A stretch of DNA of 64,000 nucleotides from Amoebidium appalachense (lineage: Eukaryota > Protista > Ichthyosporea), in NCBI GenBank assembly GCA_963693365.1, contig CAVNZM010000003.1:14801143-14865142 (forward strand), read 5' to 3'. Below, piece after piece: positions 28,248 to 55,010 of the stretch; the stretch's first letter is position 1; each line of letters begins with the position of its first letter. Below the pieces are notes generated by a model that saw nothing but the letters and a program-made list of their open reading frames with translations, was not told where the DNA came from and did not search any database. The position numbers and the translations under genes were made by a program.

Positions 28248-31200
28248 CAGTAGACCGCTCGAATTTGGGACACTTTTTGCGTAATCGCTGATCGAGCGCT
28301 TATTGGTAGCTATTTTTAGCTTTTTCCGGAACATTCGAGCATCCCCGGCAAGCCCTGGCACATGGCTACCCGAGTATATACATAAGCGCTGAGGTTTATA
28401 AAACACGTTTCCGACGACTTAGACACGTGAATGTAGCCTAGGGTATCATCATGCAAATTTCATTCTGAATTCAAAATGCATTTTAATTTGGGACACGTGT
28501 TGCATAGACGTATATGCAGACGAACAAGCAGACACACACGCACCAGGGTGTGGTCTCGCTGTTCCTTTCACCGTTGCCCACCCCTGGGGCCTTCTCTAGC
28601 TTTCAAACCAGTCTGTACACTCAACGAGGCTTCAAGGGTGCCTGTTTTGCAAAATAAACTGAACACATCATACAACCTACAGCCTGTGACCAAAAACGTC
28701 GTTCTGTAGTATACAAGTGCAACCTACACATGCATGCTCGTTCCTGTACTGTTAGCATACCTCTACATCTGTCCAGGGTATGGATACTGATAAAATGGGT
28801 ACTGTTGGTATTGCATCCCAGGTTGGTATGGGTTGAATGGGACTTGTTTGTAGGGGAAGTAGTAGCCAGGCCAGTATGGTTGCCCGTGCTCGTTTCTTGG
28901 TGGTTCGTTTTCTTTGTCGCTTTCATTTTCCATCCACTCATCACCGTGCACCTTCCTCCGTTCGTTTTCGCTCTCACTCTCACTCTCCCTTTCTCCGTCT
29001 TCGTTGCTTTCTGCTTCTGGTGCATCAGTGTCTGACCCCCAGAATGCTCTCTTCGCCTTCCTCTTTTTCTTCTTGGGCAATTCCCTGGTTGTGTCGGTTT
29101 GGATCTCCCTTTTCGTCCTCCCTCACACTGTGCCTTCCTTTCCTTCTCTTCCTGTGCCCTTAGCTCTTTTTCTTTTTTCTTTTCCCCCCCTCTCTTTTTT
29201 CCTTGCCTCTTTCACGGCTGCCTCCTCTGCTTTTCTCTTTTCTCTCTCTCTTGCTTTCTCCTCTTGCTTTCTCTTTTTCTCCTCCTGTTCTTGTAGTCTC
29301 TCCGCCTTCCTTCGTTCCCTCTCCTCTGCGCGCTGTTTCTTTCCATCTTCTTTCTGCTGCTTGCGTTTCTCTCTCTCCTCAAGTTCCTTGAGAAGGGTTT
29401 CGCGTGTCCACAGAATCGTACGCTGCTGTCCATTTCCGTCTGTTTCGTAGGTGGGCAACACGTCATCTCCACTCTCCGCCTGTGTATTTTCGTTTTCAAT
29501 TTCGGGGGGGTTTTCGTTTCCGTTTTCGTATTCATTTTCCGGTTCAGGCACCTCCCTGCTTTCCTCTGCGTTGTCCCCCTCTTGAGATTTCCTCATCTTC
29601 AGTCCACCTGAGCTCTTTCGAAGTGATTCCGGGCGGGGGGAGGTTTGCAGTAGCCGCATGATGCTTGAGGGGCAGTGATGCTTGAACTCTCTCCTCATCC
29701 ACAACCACCTCTCCGTTCTCCTGTCTGAAGCCAGTGTTTGGCGACCGCACTCACTATCGATTGTTTGGTGAATTTACCGTTGAATGCACGGGAGTACAGC
29801 GCGATGAAATGTGCATAAGTGAACTTCTTGAGGGACCCGGTTGGGTTTGCCGCGACAAACTTGCAGCAGAGGTTCCTGTATTCCTTCTTCACACTCGGAA
29901 CGTTGCAGTTGTCCATTGCTTGGGTGGTTGGTGTTGCGCTTCCCGGTAGTCCGACCACGTAAACTTGGTTGTTTTTGAGGTGTTTGAGGGCGAAAGATGA
30001 CGCGCGCGAGTGATGTCTGTCGACCAGTACCATGTGGGGGCCTGGGTCAGGTTCTTCAGAATTTTGACCAGAGCAATAGCAATTTGGTCGAAAATCTTGG
30101 TGTTGTTGAGGCCGTTTGGAACTGCGGTAAAGTACACGTTATCGATGGTACAGGCTTCGATTGTCGCTTTCTTGACTCGCGCGCCCTTGAGAATCACGAT
30201 GACACCGAGAAGTTCGCCTGCAACATTGCCAATTGGAATGATGGTGACGTTTTCTTTGCCGTTTCCGATGATGCGACGTCGGACTGCTCTGCTGCCCTTT
30301 TTAGCACCGGCTAGTCTGGGAACGTAGTGGATTCTCTATGGGGTTTCGTCCAGGTTGAGGACTTGGCGGGGAAGGAATCGACCGCCAAAAAAGGTTACCA
30401 TCGCTTTGCGGACGATGTTAAAGTAGTGACGAATGATGCTTGGTGTTGTTGCTGCATCGTGCCGGTCATCAGCTGGCAAAGGCACCCTCATAGTGAAGTC
30501 TGGGTGTCGTTTTTTGAAAGCATTCCAGAACCCGTCAGATGGTCTGTCGTTCTTAAAGGGTACCCCGTGTTCTTTTGCAGTTTCTACTAGTTTCTGTTTG
30601 ATTTCACGAACAGATGCGGAGAGATTCGCATCCTGCCTCTCAAAGATCCACTCTATCACACCTCTCTCTTGTTCATAAGTGAGTGCTGAGGGTCTTCCGG
30701 CCCCGTGCGATTCTCAATGGTAGTGCGTGCTACCCCAAAAACTTCAAATGCTTCCCTGTAAGAATAAATATTATGCTTCACGTGCTCTGCAGCTAAATTA
30801 CATCTCTCTTCATGTGTCTTATTTTTGTGTTCTAGAAACGCTGCCTCTATCTCCTCTGCTGTGGGCACTTGCGCCTTTTCTGCCCTTGTGCACTCATGTT
30901 GGGAACCCCATTCTGTCTGTGGGGCAAATGCAAGGGTGTGAGATAAATGGGCAGTAAAAGTACAAAGCATATGAAAGATGTGAGGCTACGTGAGAGGAAA
31001 TCCTTAGAGTGAGGATGAGGAGTTCCTATGTTTTCGAAAGAGGATGAAGTTGCTCTGCTGTGGTGGTTGGTAGAAAACGGCCCTTTATTTTCAAACTTGG
31101 CTGCCGGGTTGGGCAGCCAACCAGACACGCTGGCATGCAAAAAGGGCGGGAAAACGTAACAATGGACCCAAGTCCGGGTGATGCGCCGAGGGCCAATCAA

Positions 31201-31256
31201 AAGTGTCCCAAATTTATGACGGGATTCAAATCGTCCCAAATTCGAGCGGTTTACTG
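28248..31256 (-). mobile_element. pogo-like (Tc1/mariner superfamily) DNA transposon, 3009 bp
   Basis: 24-bp TIRs CAGTA[G/A]ACCGCTCGAATTTGGGAC (one mismatch), TA on both flanks (28246-28247, 31257-31258), internal transposase remnants. Confidence 0.92.
28763..30970 (-). pseudogene. Disrupted pogo-type DDE transposase
   Basis: HTH (YSYREAFEVFGVARTTIENR), frameshift into GRPSALTYEQE...IEWIF...PSDGFWNAFKKRHP (CENP-B-type HTH), VLNLDETP followed by an in-frame TAG, KENVTII..., frameshift into VLVDRHHSR...TTQAMD, then a K/E-rich tail. Confidence 0.88.
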
Positions 31257-31474
31257 TATATATCGCTTTGTTCGACAGAACTTTCCTGCTCACAATTGTG
31301 CCACTCCAAATCATCCCAAATTCGAGCGGTTTACATACACATTGCTCGCCATGTGGTGCCCGGAGCACGACATTAGCATGTATCATACATATGTCACTGG
31401 CTGCATTTGATTGGCTGTGCTGGAAAACGCAGTAGGCCGTCGAATGCCACGAATGTGGCTGGGCCTCCGGCAGT

Positions 31475-31758
31475 GTCCACGCAATAAAAAGTGTGTAAAC
31501 CCCCAAAAAAGCACGACATCGCATGCGCCCGAGGAATGAATTCGAAGACCGAGCTTTAATAGATGAATACAAAAAGTAGTAAGCAACCGATGCTCAACAG
31601 GTACAATAGTTGCTTCATCGGCACAAAATGCTGCTGCTTTGTGTTCCGAGTTTCGGCGAACTTGTCAAACCATGGCCAGTCGAGCGGCCTTGGGGCCGCG
31701 GGGGGCACTGCGCGACTGCGGCCATGAAGGGGGTTTACACACTTTTTATTGCGTTGAC
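31475..31758. mobile_element. MITE-like element with 26-bp perfect inverted repeats
   Basis: ACGCAATAAAAAGTGTGTAAACCCCC (31479-31504) and its exact reverse complement (31729-31754); outer ends degenerate, TSD not seen. Confidence 0.7.
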
Positions 31759-32745
31759 GGTCACGATACAAATCAGGTGATTGGAACAAGATCACACACG
31801 TATAATACTGAAGCAACACGTTTGTGTCCGAACATATGCGCTCGTGCGCTATATTGACGCCAATAAAGTACGTTGTAGCCGTAGCCGAGTCATCAAAATA
31901 CCCATTATAACCTTTTATAAAAAATATTCTAACTTAAGCACAAAAATTCGATAGTATAACATCCATGCGAGTCTTTTCGTGCCTCTACATGTGATAGTAG
32001 CCGGGAGACCCATTACGTAACAGAACCGGTTATAACTGATATCGCGATAGTGTTTTGATTGGTAGCAGTCTAAACATCGACGTTAGCGACTACCAACTGG
32101 TAAGACTCAACACCTTTTTCTATTAGGCTCTTTACGATAGGAACAAACGAAAAAGCACACCACTCGGACACATTACAAACCTATGTTTTCCCACCGAACA
32201 TTTGCAGCTTTTCTTGCAAGAGATTAGGTTTTTTTTCTTGTTGCTGACTGGTAAGAACATAAGAATGGCCCCCGGGCAAGAGTCTCCGTCGCGTGTGAAG
32301 AAATGGGCAAAGTAGGTTACCTCTTTCACACGGCCGCGGTTGTTTTAGAAGTAGGATTTGTGTATATATTGTGTGTGTCTTTTGCATGCTCTTTTGCATA
32401 AAGAGGCACGTTTGATTTTAATAAACGCAAGACACATCAAGGGGCATTTTTTTACACCTTAAGCAGGCAACTTTGTTTTTGTGAGAAAGGTTGTGTACAT
32501 CCTGTATGGGGTTTGGCAGGGTTTAGCGTGTCAAGAGTCGGGTTTTAGGGAAAGGGCCTTACCATTGTTCTGAAAGTAAATGTGAGCATCTAGAAAGTAA
32601 AATTTCAAGGTGTCTTTTGCTTGTTTTTTCCTCCATTTCTTGTGCTGGCTCCGTCTACCTTCCTTGCACGAGCTTAGCACGTGTACGTTTACCGCCCAGA
32701 AGTGAACGTTAGTTTGTGCACTTGTTAAGACTGCCGCACAACAGT

Positions 32746-41330
<8,585 letters not shown>

Positions 41331-41388
41331 AGACTTGATGCACGAGTCTAGCCATGCTATTGCATCTTCTATGTGTACACACACGCAT

Positions 41389-41453
<65 letters not shown>

Positions 41454-41495
41454 GCGCGCGCGCACGCGCACGTGCACACACACACACCACACACA

Positions 41496-41571
<76 letters not shown>

Positions 41572-42481
41572 GCACACGCACACGCACACACACACGCACA
41601 CACACACACCGGAACTGGTGGGGTGTGCAAGCATACTATAACAGCACGCACGTTCGTCACCCATCCATGAATTTTACCATTCGAATGTAAAGCCCCGAAT
41701 TTTCTCTGTCATTCTTTTTCTTTCTCCTTATTAGGTGTTTTCTACTTTTACCCTGATGGTGTAAAAGGGTGAGCTACTGTTTATAAAGAGTGAGCTACTC
41801 TTCTTTTTGTGTGTGTCTAACAGAGAATGAAAGAAGCCATATAAGGTAGTCGTACTTAAACTGATTGTTGACACTTAACTATTCCGCCCCTTCGATCAGT
41901 TACATAGTAGGGGAAAAAAGTGCTTACGCCCGTAATATATAGATGCAGGGCTGGTGTATATGTGGTTTTTGTGGTTATCTTTTGCCATGTTTGCAAAAGG
42001 ATGCTTTCCAATAGAAACTGCTATTCAAGCCTGTGTAATATAAGGTCAGATTTTCTGGAATATCAAATTCTAGAAACTACCTATATTGAATGGACTGTAT
42101 ACGAGTGGCTGCATAGTCACAGTGTATAGAGAGGGTAGATGCTGACACGTGACTTTGTGTTCATATATGGTAATGCATGTCTTAGCAGGAAATAGATAGC
42201 ACCTGCACACACCCACACATGTTGCAAGTAAATACTAATGCAAATATAATTTAATTTACATCAATATGATTATCAATAATAAAAGGTGCCTTGCATGCAA
42301 CTTCCGTTCTTGCCACGCTCCAAGTGCAACTGACACCACCCCAGTGGCACCACCGGCTTCCTCGCCCGGTTCTCTCTTCTCCCTCCACCCCCCCGCATGC
42401 AGGCACACGCACACAACCCACACACACGCGCACGCGCGCACATTCTTGCGCGCGCCCGCACACAGACAAACACACACAGTG

Positions 42482-42546
<65 letters not shown>

Positions 42547-42958
42547 ATCGCCACCCCCCCCCCCCCCCAAAAAAAAAAAATTTTTTTTTTTTAATAAATA
42601 AATAAATAAATAAGAAAAGCCCTCCCCCCCCCCCCCCCCTCCCCGGGCGGCGCACGCCGCTGCCCCATTAGTAGATTCACAGAAAGGGAGTAACGTAAAT
42701 TATTATAAGAAACTGCCGTCCCACAGTCAAAAGATTCATAGCACATGTCATGTTAATTAATCATAAACCAGAGTTCCGTATATGAACACATGCGGCGGCC
42801 ATCCGATCCCAATTGGTCTAGTAGCACTCGTGCACACAGTGCGCTGTACATGTGCAAACCATGGGAGATTCTTTTCAGCCACTGAGCTGCTTGAAATGGC
42901 CACCACTAAAACATCTACACAGCAGAGAATGTCACTGAGTACATACCCACCTGTCCTC

Positions 42959-42998
<40 letters not shown>

Positions 42999-43189
42999 AG
43001 ACGGAAAAAAAATCCCCTTGCGCTTGGGGCCACACAGTTACACATCACCACCATCACCACCACACGTGCCCACCCAACTTGCTTCTCTCCAAAGTCATGG
43101 CTTGGCTGATGGCAATTGGAAAGTAATAAAGACAGAATCATGTCGCCTCCGATGATTTAGGTTTCTTTGGTGTGTGTGTGTGTGTGTGT

Positions 43190-43222
<33 letters not shown>

Positions 43223-43329
43223 AGAAATGAGAATGAGAGAGAAAGTCAGGTTATTTCCCCACATTTTCGGATAGATACGCATCTTGGAATCATTATGTCG
43301 ATTTCTACAAATATCGTCTTGTTGGGTGG

Positions 43330-44151
43330 GAAGCACTGTTGGCCTTGGTTCGGGTACCTCTTAAAGAACACGTAAGTTTCGTTAATAAACAGCACATTTC
43401 CTTCATTTGCTTCGAACACTGGTCTTAGCCTTTGTAAGAGTCGGATTGTTCGAGGCTCCAACAATTCGATTAGAACTATGGCTTAGCTTATTCGACGTCA
43501 CAATTTATTAACTTGAATGCGTCATCAACGGTTTCTTAGAGTCCCACAATCGTTGGACTATTGTCTTACAAATATTTATATTTCGGGCCTGGGAACCTTG
43601 AGCGTTGCGGTCACTGCAGCTATCGTTCAAAAACCGTGCACAAATATGTGTGCACCGTGGATGCTGTTGCCGGACAGCGAGGTAGGAGTGGCTGAGTTGT
43701 AGCTACTCTGGCAATGACCGCCAAAAAGCAGCCGCAGAAAAAAATGCATAAATAAATGAAAAACTGAGTAGACTGGCTTGCTTCCTCCTCCCGCTTCCTC
43801 CCCCCGCCCCCATCACCACCACCACCCCTTCCCCACCTATGCTCTCTCTCTGTCTCTCTCTCTCTCCTCTCTCACCCCCTCTCCCTCCCTCCCTCCCTCC
43901 CTCCCTCCCTCTCACTCACTCCCTCTCTCTCCCTCCCCCCCCCCCCCCCCCCCCCCCCCAGTGTCACAGGAGATTTTTGCACTGAAGGTTGATGGAGTAA
44001 TTGCACTATTGTGTTAATGAGGGCTTCAATGGTTGTTAAAGTTTTTGTGCACATTGGGCATGTTAGCATTTATATGAATAACACGCTTCTAGCATTCTTG
44101 GGTCAGCCAAAGAAAGTCAGCTTTTGTGTCCCCCCCCCGTTACGGCTTAAT

Positions 44152-44191
<40 letters not shown>

Positions 44192-44388
44192 GGGGGGGGA
44201 GGGGGGGGGGGGGACATTAGGGCAAGTGGAAGCTGAACTCCGGGAGCCGACTTACTGTAGTGAAGGCTTTTGGCATGGAGCTGAAATGCTGTACAGAAAC
44301 ACATAGCCACCTAAATCTAAACAGGTCAAAACTATATTGATAGAGCTTCATTTCGAACGAGGCTTATTTGGTACCAACCCCCCCTCCC

Positions 44389-44420
<32 letters not shown>

Positions 44421-44915
44421 ACGATCACTAAGGTATATTATCTCGGAACATAGCTTTTACATGTGCATTTTGGTGCCAATGGGTAACCGTTGAAGTACTG
44501 TTGGCCTTGGTATCGGTACCTTAATAATTACATGCCGATAACTGAAACGGCACCACCCCCCTCTAAACTCTGATTTTATATCTTTATCACTGCTTTTGGC
44601 TGCCGAGTCGGAGATCACGGTTAGTCGATGACACGATTTAGTGAAGTGACCATGCCACGCTCTGTCTCCTTCTGCATGAGATTAACTTGAGTGCATCTTC
44701 GACGATATCTCTTCCCACAATCGAGTACCTATAATTTTACATATAGATAGTCAGGTCCGGTGAACCTAATGAGTGGTGGTCGTTAATTCACAAAAGCTGT
44801 GCACGCATTGTTCTGTGCGCAGACATACTGTCGCAGAATGCCAAAATTCAAATTTTCTGTCGTAGCTATGCCGACAATGACCGCTAAAAAGCAGCTGAAG
44901 AAACAATAAATAGAA
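43330..44915. repeat. Two diverged direct copies of a 430-bp segment (about 43330-43760 and 44490-44915)
   Basis: Collinear blocks ACTGTTGGCCTTGGT-GGTACCT, ATTAACTTGA-TGC, TCCCACAATCG, GTAGCTA...CAATGACCGC-AAAAAGCAGC. Confidence 0.75.
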
Positions 44916-45077
44916 GTCATTCCTCCCCCCCCCCCCCCCCCCCCCCCATCTTACCTTCTCCTCCTACTTTTGAAATCCCCCTCACCCCTTCCTTCCTTCG
45001 ACCTCCATCTCCCCCCCCCCCCCCAAAAAAAAAAAAAAAAAAAAAATAAGAAACACACACACACAGAAACACACACA

Positions 45078-45216
<139 letters not shown>

Positions 45217-45550
45217 TGAACTTGAATAATAAAACTTTCATCGTATTGTTGGACATTCTACCAAACCCCAACCAACGACCACCTTCCCCTCCCTCCGCGC
45301 ACACACACAAAGACAAAACACACACACATGCGCACACACAAAGACGAACACTCCCCCCCCCCCCCCCCCCCCCCCCCCCCGCCCCACGCACACAAACGCA
45401 CACACACCGCCAAAGGCACACATACAACCAGTGAGTCACCCCCCCCCCCCCCCCATCCTCTCCCCCCTCCCTCCCCCATCTACCCACCTACCCTCCCCCC
45501 CCCCCCCCCCCCCCCCCCCCAAGCACACACACATGTACACACACCGACAG

Positions 45551-49842
<4,292 letters not shown>

Positions 49843-50822
49843 GATGGATATTCTCGGCTGGTATACATATCATCACGCAATCACAAACAATAACAGTTAG
49901 AAAACTTGGCAATCATTAGTACATAGAAATAGACAGGAAAATGGATCCATATCCGGATAGTATACATTCCAGATCGCATAATCGCAAAGAATAGCATTGG
50001 AACTCGCTTTTTAATCTTCGCCTTGTCTTTCTTCCTCGTCTTCTTCCTTCTCCTGCCCATTGAATAATGTTGTGCATTCACTTTTTTCATGTCACACGAA
50101 ACCACTCTGCAGGTACATAACTTTACATCTCTTATTTTTCCCCTCCTTTCTAAGTCCCCGTTTCGGTTGTTAACGGACTACGGTTTTTATCATCCCATCA
50201 TAGTATATCTTAATATTATATAGTATATACATTAATATATTTTCGAAAGGCTACATATACGTGGTGCCCATACAAGTCCAACTGACGGTTTGAATCCCCG
50301 TGAAATCCCAGTATGTCCAACTAGTTATCACACACGCGATATATCTATACCGTTAACTAGGACGGGTGATATGTGACCGGGACTTTAGTATTTAGCCAAA
50401 AGCAGCCTCAAGAATAACCATTGGTACCAGTGGAACCATATGCATAAAGATCCTTATCCTTGATATTATCATAGTGTAGTGCCATTAGTGGCTATTTGAC
50501 AGGTCTTATTGATAGCAGTGCTACCGTGACTTGTTTTGTGAGTCTAATTATCTTTTAGTGCGCAGTGTTGCTCCACTTCATATGCATAGCATCATGGCAG
50601 GACTAAAACTAATAATAAATACCATTTCGGCATTTCTCTCCTTTCTTGATATAGAGATTGCGTTATTTCTACAGAGGAAAAGAGACGTGCATAAGTATAG
50701 GCCAAGCCAAACATATACTCTCTGACGTCATTATAACGTGACCAGATGTGTAACACTAAAAATGTTAATAAATGCCGCACTGTGTGCATACAACACGCTG
50801 TCATGGTTAAAGACCATGGCCA

Positions 50823-50879
<57 letters not shown>

Positions 50880-51182
50880 CCCCACCAACCCTTTTCCCCC
50901 TGAGGGGAAATACAACAACAACTTCGTTGCAACAACCAGCACCAAGAAAAAAAAAAAGAGAAGCGGAAATAAAAGAAAAAAGAAAAGAAAAAATCTCAGT
51001 GCCACGGATTTAGTTTACAATTTTTGAGAATATCACGCATTGGTTGGCCATGGAGGAAACCCCCATTAAGAAAAAAACGACCCATAGATGTGAGCCCCAC
51101 GTCCCACGTGCACACTCTAATGCCTATACATACCTCATGTGTAAACTTATCCTTGAACAAAGGGTGGGGGCGTGAAACATTG

Positions 51183-51678
51183 TATATGTAGCAGAAGGAA
51201 GGGACTGTCACAGGAAGGGACCATACATATACAATTGATTTCTCATTGTATATGTATATGTAGCAGAAGGAAGGGACTGTCACAGGAATTCGAAGGGACT
51301 ATATGTAGCAGAAGGAAGGGACTGTCACAGGAAGGGATTATACATATACAATTGATTTCTCATTGTATATGTATATGTAGCAGAAGGAAGGGACTGTCAC
51401 AGGAAGGGACTATATGTAGCAGAAGGAAGGCCGGACTGTCACAGGAAGGGACTATACATATACAATTGATTTCTCATTGTATATGTATATGTAGCAGAAG
51501 GAAGGGACTGTCACAGGAAGGGACTACTATGATATGTAGCAGAAGGAAGGGACTGTCACAGGAAGGGACTATACATATACAATTGATTTCTCATTGTATA
51601 TGTATATGACATTGTAGCAGAAGGAAGGGACTGTCACAGGAAGGGACTATATGTAGCAGAAGGAAGGGACTGTCACAG
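51183..51678. repeat. Higher-order minisatellite (39-bp unit A x9, 33-bp unit B x4; 111-bp period)
   Basis: A = TATATGTAGCAGAAGGAAGGGACTGTCACAGGAAGGGAC, B = TATACATATACAATTGATTTCTCATTGTATATG; order A-B-A-A-B-A-A-B-A-A-B-A-A (last A partial). Confidence 0.95.
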
Positions 51679-52052
51679 ACTGCGTACGGAGGCATAGAGG
51701 CAGCCCCGGCTGCTTTTTTGAAGCGCCTTCTGCCTGCACAATACCTCTGGCCTATGGGTATTTGTTCATGTTTACTTCGGAACTGGTACAACCGGTTACA
51801 TATATGTGTTGGTGTTTGTGTTTGTGTAGTCAAGGTCAAATTTTTGTTTGCGTTTGTATAGTTAGTGGTTATTAATAAATTTGTGTTCGTGTCTCTTTAA
51901 TGTATGTTCTTTTTTTTTCGAACTTCCTGAATTCGAACTCACTTTTTGCATCCATTACAAAGTTCGTGCATCCGGTCATACTCTCCCCCCCCCTTCCCCC
52001 CCCCCCCCCCCCCCCCCCCCCTTCCCCCTCCCTCCTCCCCCTCCCCAACCCA

Positions 52053-52099
<47 letters not shown>

Positions 52100-52163
52100 C
52101 ACCCCCCTCCACCCCAACCACCACCACCACCCGCCACCCGGCCCACACTACCGACACCGTCAT

Positions 52164-52343
<180 letters not shown>

Positions 52344-53081
52344 TAATCACATGTACACACGTAAACGCATTAAAATTAATATTGGCACCCACCAGCTCAA
52401 CCCAATTGAACCCTCGGGACCAGCACTGCACTCTAGAGATCTTCCCGAATGATGATAGTATACCGGATGATTTGTCATAAACCCCACAGCACCATCACAC
52501 CATATTTTAGACCCCCCCATGCATACACTAGGTAAAATTTGAGCACCGGGACCAAACATTGACTGTTGAACACGTACAGTATATGCAATGTATTTTAACT
52601 AGAACATTGTCAACCCCCCCCCCCCCCCCCCCCCCCCCATATGTCAGTTTGTTCCCTCCTATACCCAGCGGTCTCCGTCGTACGGACCCGAACATGTGTA
52701 TGCTTCGTACATCAACTGCTGGAGGGAGGGCAGGAGGGGCGGGGGCAGGGGGGAGGGGGGGAGGGATCATCGGAAGTCTGTGTGGAAGGTGCCCCCCTTA
52801 AGGGGGGGGGGGGGGGGGGGGAAGGGTATGCATTGGAGGGTTGGAACCAGGCCTGCTATTAGGGAGGAGAGTTCGATATATCAAACCCGAAATTGTCACA
52901 AAAATACAAAAACCAGAGATCAAACTTCAGTATTTTTTTTACCCATCATCATGTGCGAGGGGGTCACAGCGGGGGGGTGTGTGTGTGCGTGTGTGTGTGT
53001 GTGTAGTGGTGGCGGTGGTGGTGGCGGTGGTGATTCGGGTGGTGGTGGGAGGGTGGGCGGGTGGGGGATGGGTGTGTGTGT

Positions 53082-53133
<52 letters not shown>

Positions 53134-54065
53134 TTGCGGCACCCACATTACAATGCGCACCGAAACAGTGGTGAGACTTGCAAAAATTACAGCATTTTTT
53201 TTTGAGCCAGTGTGGGATATCAGCTTTTTTTGAGCCAGTTTGGGATATCAGCCTTTGAACACTGAGTAACGAGAACCTACATGTTCTCGAATTGGTGGCA
53301 CAAATATCGCTAAAGCACACGAATATCAGAATACACGAAAACGGTGTTTATTCAGTATCAAACCTGAACGAAGACGGAACTTCCCTCCCCTTTTGGTACT
53401 CAGAAAACATATGATACAGAATGCATTCGAGATCTGTATATGTCCCGACACAACCTGTGTCCCTTTTGGCAGCATATGACTTTATTTATGTTCATTCAGT
53501 CTGAGAGCGCGCAATCATTCAACACAAACTCGCTGCTTACTCCAAAGTATTTCAATGTTTACACAAGTTTCATGATTTTTGACTCAAGCACTGGAGCATG
53601 ATAACAATGCGGGGGGGAAAAAACATGTTATGTAGTACCCCACACCATAAATATGGGCTATGTGTTCGTGTGTGCATCCATTCATTCATTCCACAGGGAC
53701 CCTTATTTAGACATAATATCTAAAAATGGCAAAAAAGCCCATATCTGTACTCAGGCACAAACACAGAACACTAAACTAATATAATTACATGAATACTTAT
53801 GTATGAATATATATGCCACAGTATATCGTCTGGTAATACCACCTTTTATACTTCTAAAAAGGGCACCAGGCCCCACCCGACACATTAAAGGGAGTTTCTC
53901 TACTAACTTGAATTCCGAATCGGGTCAGACCTGAAAGAGATGTGCGCTTTGTGATGGGCAAGATGCGCACATATTGGCCTGACCCGAAAAGGGGCCCTAA
54001 ATCGGCCTTAAAGATACCCCCTTTAAAGATACCCCCTTTTCTCTACCGCACACAGAAATCTTTTT

Positions 54066-55010
54066 TTAAAGTCTCTTCCCAGCACGTGTGTTTGTCATCT
54101 GCACTGCCGCTCTCACAACACTCTCCCATGTGCTGGACCCATCAGACTTAAACTGAAGCTGGTAGTTGATCGTGCCACTACTTCCCTTGGACGGAATAGA
54201 CCCCGTTAGCGTTTCGGTGGTTTTTTGGTGCCGCAGGGAATGATACCACTTGCTCTTCTGCCTATCAATGATGCCCCTAGGGAGAGAATCAATCGGCCAT
54301 GAAACGCTTGCAAACTCGGGGGGAACCTCCCAGTTGTCATCTTCTGTTGTTTGCGACGCTTTGACAAAAACTACACGTTGGTTCGTAACAAAGAGACGCC
54401 CGGTACAGCTCGCCATAAGCTGCCCGTCGGTTCCGAGACGCAAGGAGCAATCATCTGCCGTATACACAATCTCTTCTCCCTCGTGTAAAACCAACCCGTT
54501 GTAGATTAGCTCTGCGCTGTCAAGCATTGGTGCCCCCGCAACATGTTCCAACAGTTGTGGTGTGGGGGGAGCCGACACAGCACGAGAACGGCGTGAATTG
54601 GGCGAGAGGCGGTCCATGAGCGATTGGTTGCGCCGCGGTGCAGCATATTCTGTTTGTCTCTTTGACACGTGTTTCTCATCGAGGGAGACGATGGCGCGCA
54701 GGCCAGGGGAGTGAATGGATTCTGGTCCGAGAGATGGGACCGAAGCGGAGAGGGATTCATCGTTGGAAGAGTCAGAATGACGACGGCGAATGCGGGCCAC
54801 ATTTGCTGTATGGCTTACAGATGGTGAATCGAAAAAGTCATCGTATTTTTCTTCGCCATCCTCGCGATGATGAAGGTCGCTGGTGGCGAATTGGCTGTCG
54901 TATAAGGGGTCGATGTCTTGTGTTTTGTATGGGGATTTGGGTGGTGGAAGGGAAAAGCACTGCTGGGAGAGCATGGTGGCGTGTGTTCGGGATAGCACGT
55001 CCACAACCAT
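54066..55010 (-). CDS. Intronless PH-GRAM domain protein (WBP2-like), 314 aa
   Basis: Long ATG ORF; C-terminal LHEGEEIV...TGRLFVTNQRVVFV...FASVSWP...LTGSI...YQLQFKSDG fits the WBP2-type PH-GRAM pattern; Ser-rich N-terminus. Confidence 0.8.
   Translation of the reverse strand: MVVDVLSRTHATMLSQQCFSLPPPKSPYKTQDIDPLYDSQFATSDLHHREDGEEKYDDFFDSPSVSHTANVARIRRRHSDSSNDESLSASVPSLGPESIHSPGLRAIVSLDEKHVSKRQTEYAAPRRNQSLMDRLSPNSRRSRAVSAPPTPQLLEHVAGAPMLDSAELIYNGLVLHEGEEIVYTADDCSLRLGTDGQLMASCTGRLFVTNQRVVFVKASQTTEDDNWEVPPEFASVSWPIDSLPRGIIDRQKSKWYHSLRHQKTTETLTGSIPSKGSSGTINYQLQFKSDGSSTWESVVRAAVQMTNTRAGKRL

Noticed and set aside
28914-29450. Hydrophobic or Ser/Phe-rich plus-strand ORFs
   Set aside because: Antisense shadows of the K/E-rich transposase tail.
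49881-50105. ORF containing MGRRRKKTRKK, reminiscent of an Elf1 N-terminus
   Set aside because: No CxxC zinc-ribbon motifs follow in frame.
51183-51678. CRISPR-like repeat array
   Set aside because: The intervening units are identical rather than unique spacers, there are no cas genes, and the context is eukaryotic.
53189-53256. Short tandem duplications (also about 54008-54040 and 63745-63950)
   Set aside because: Ordinary slippage duplications with no further structure.
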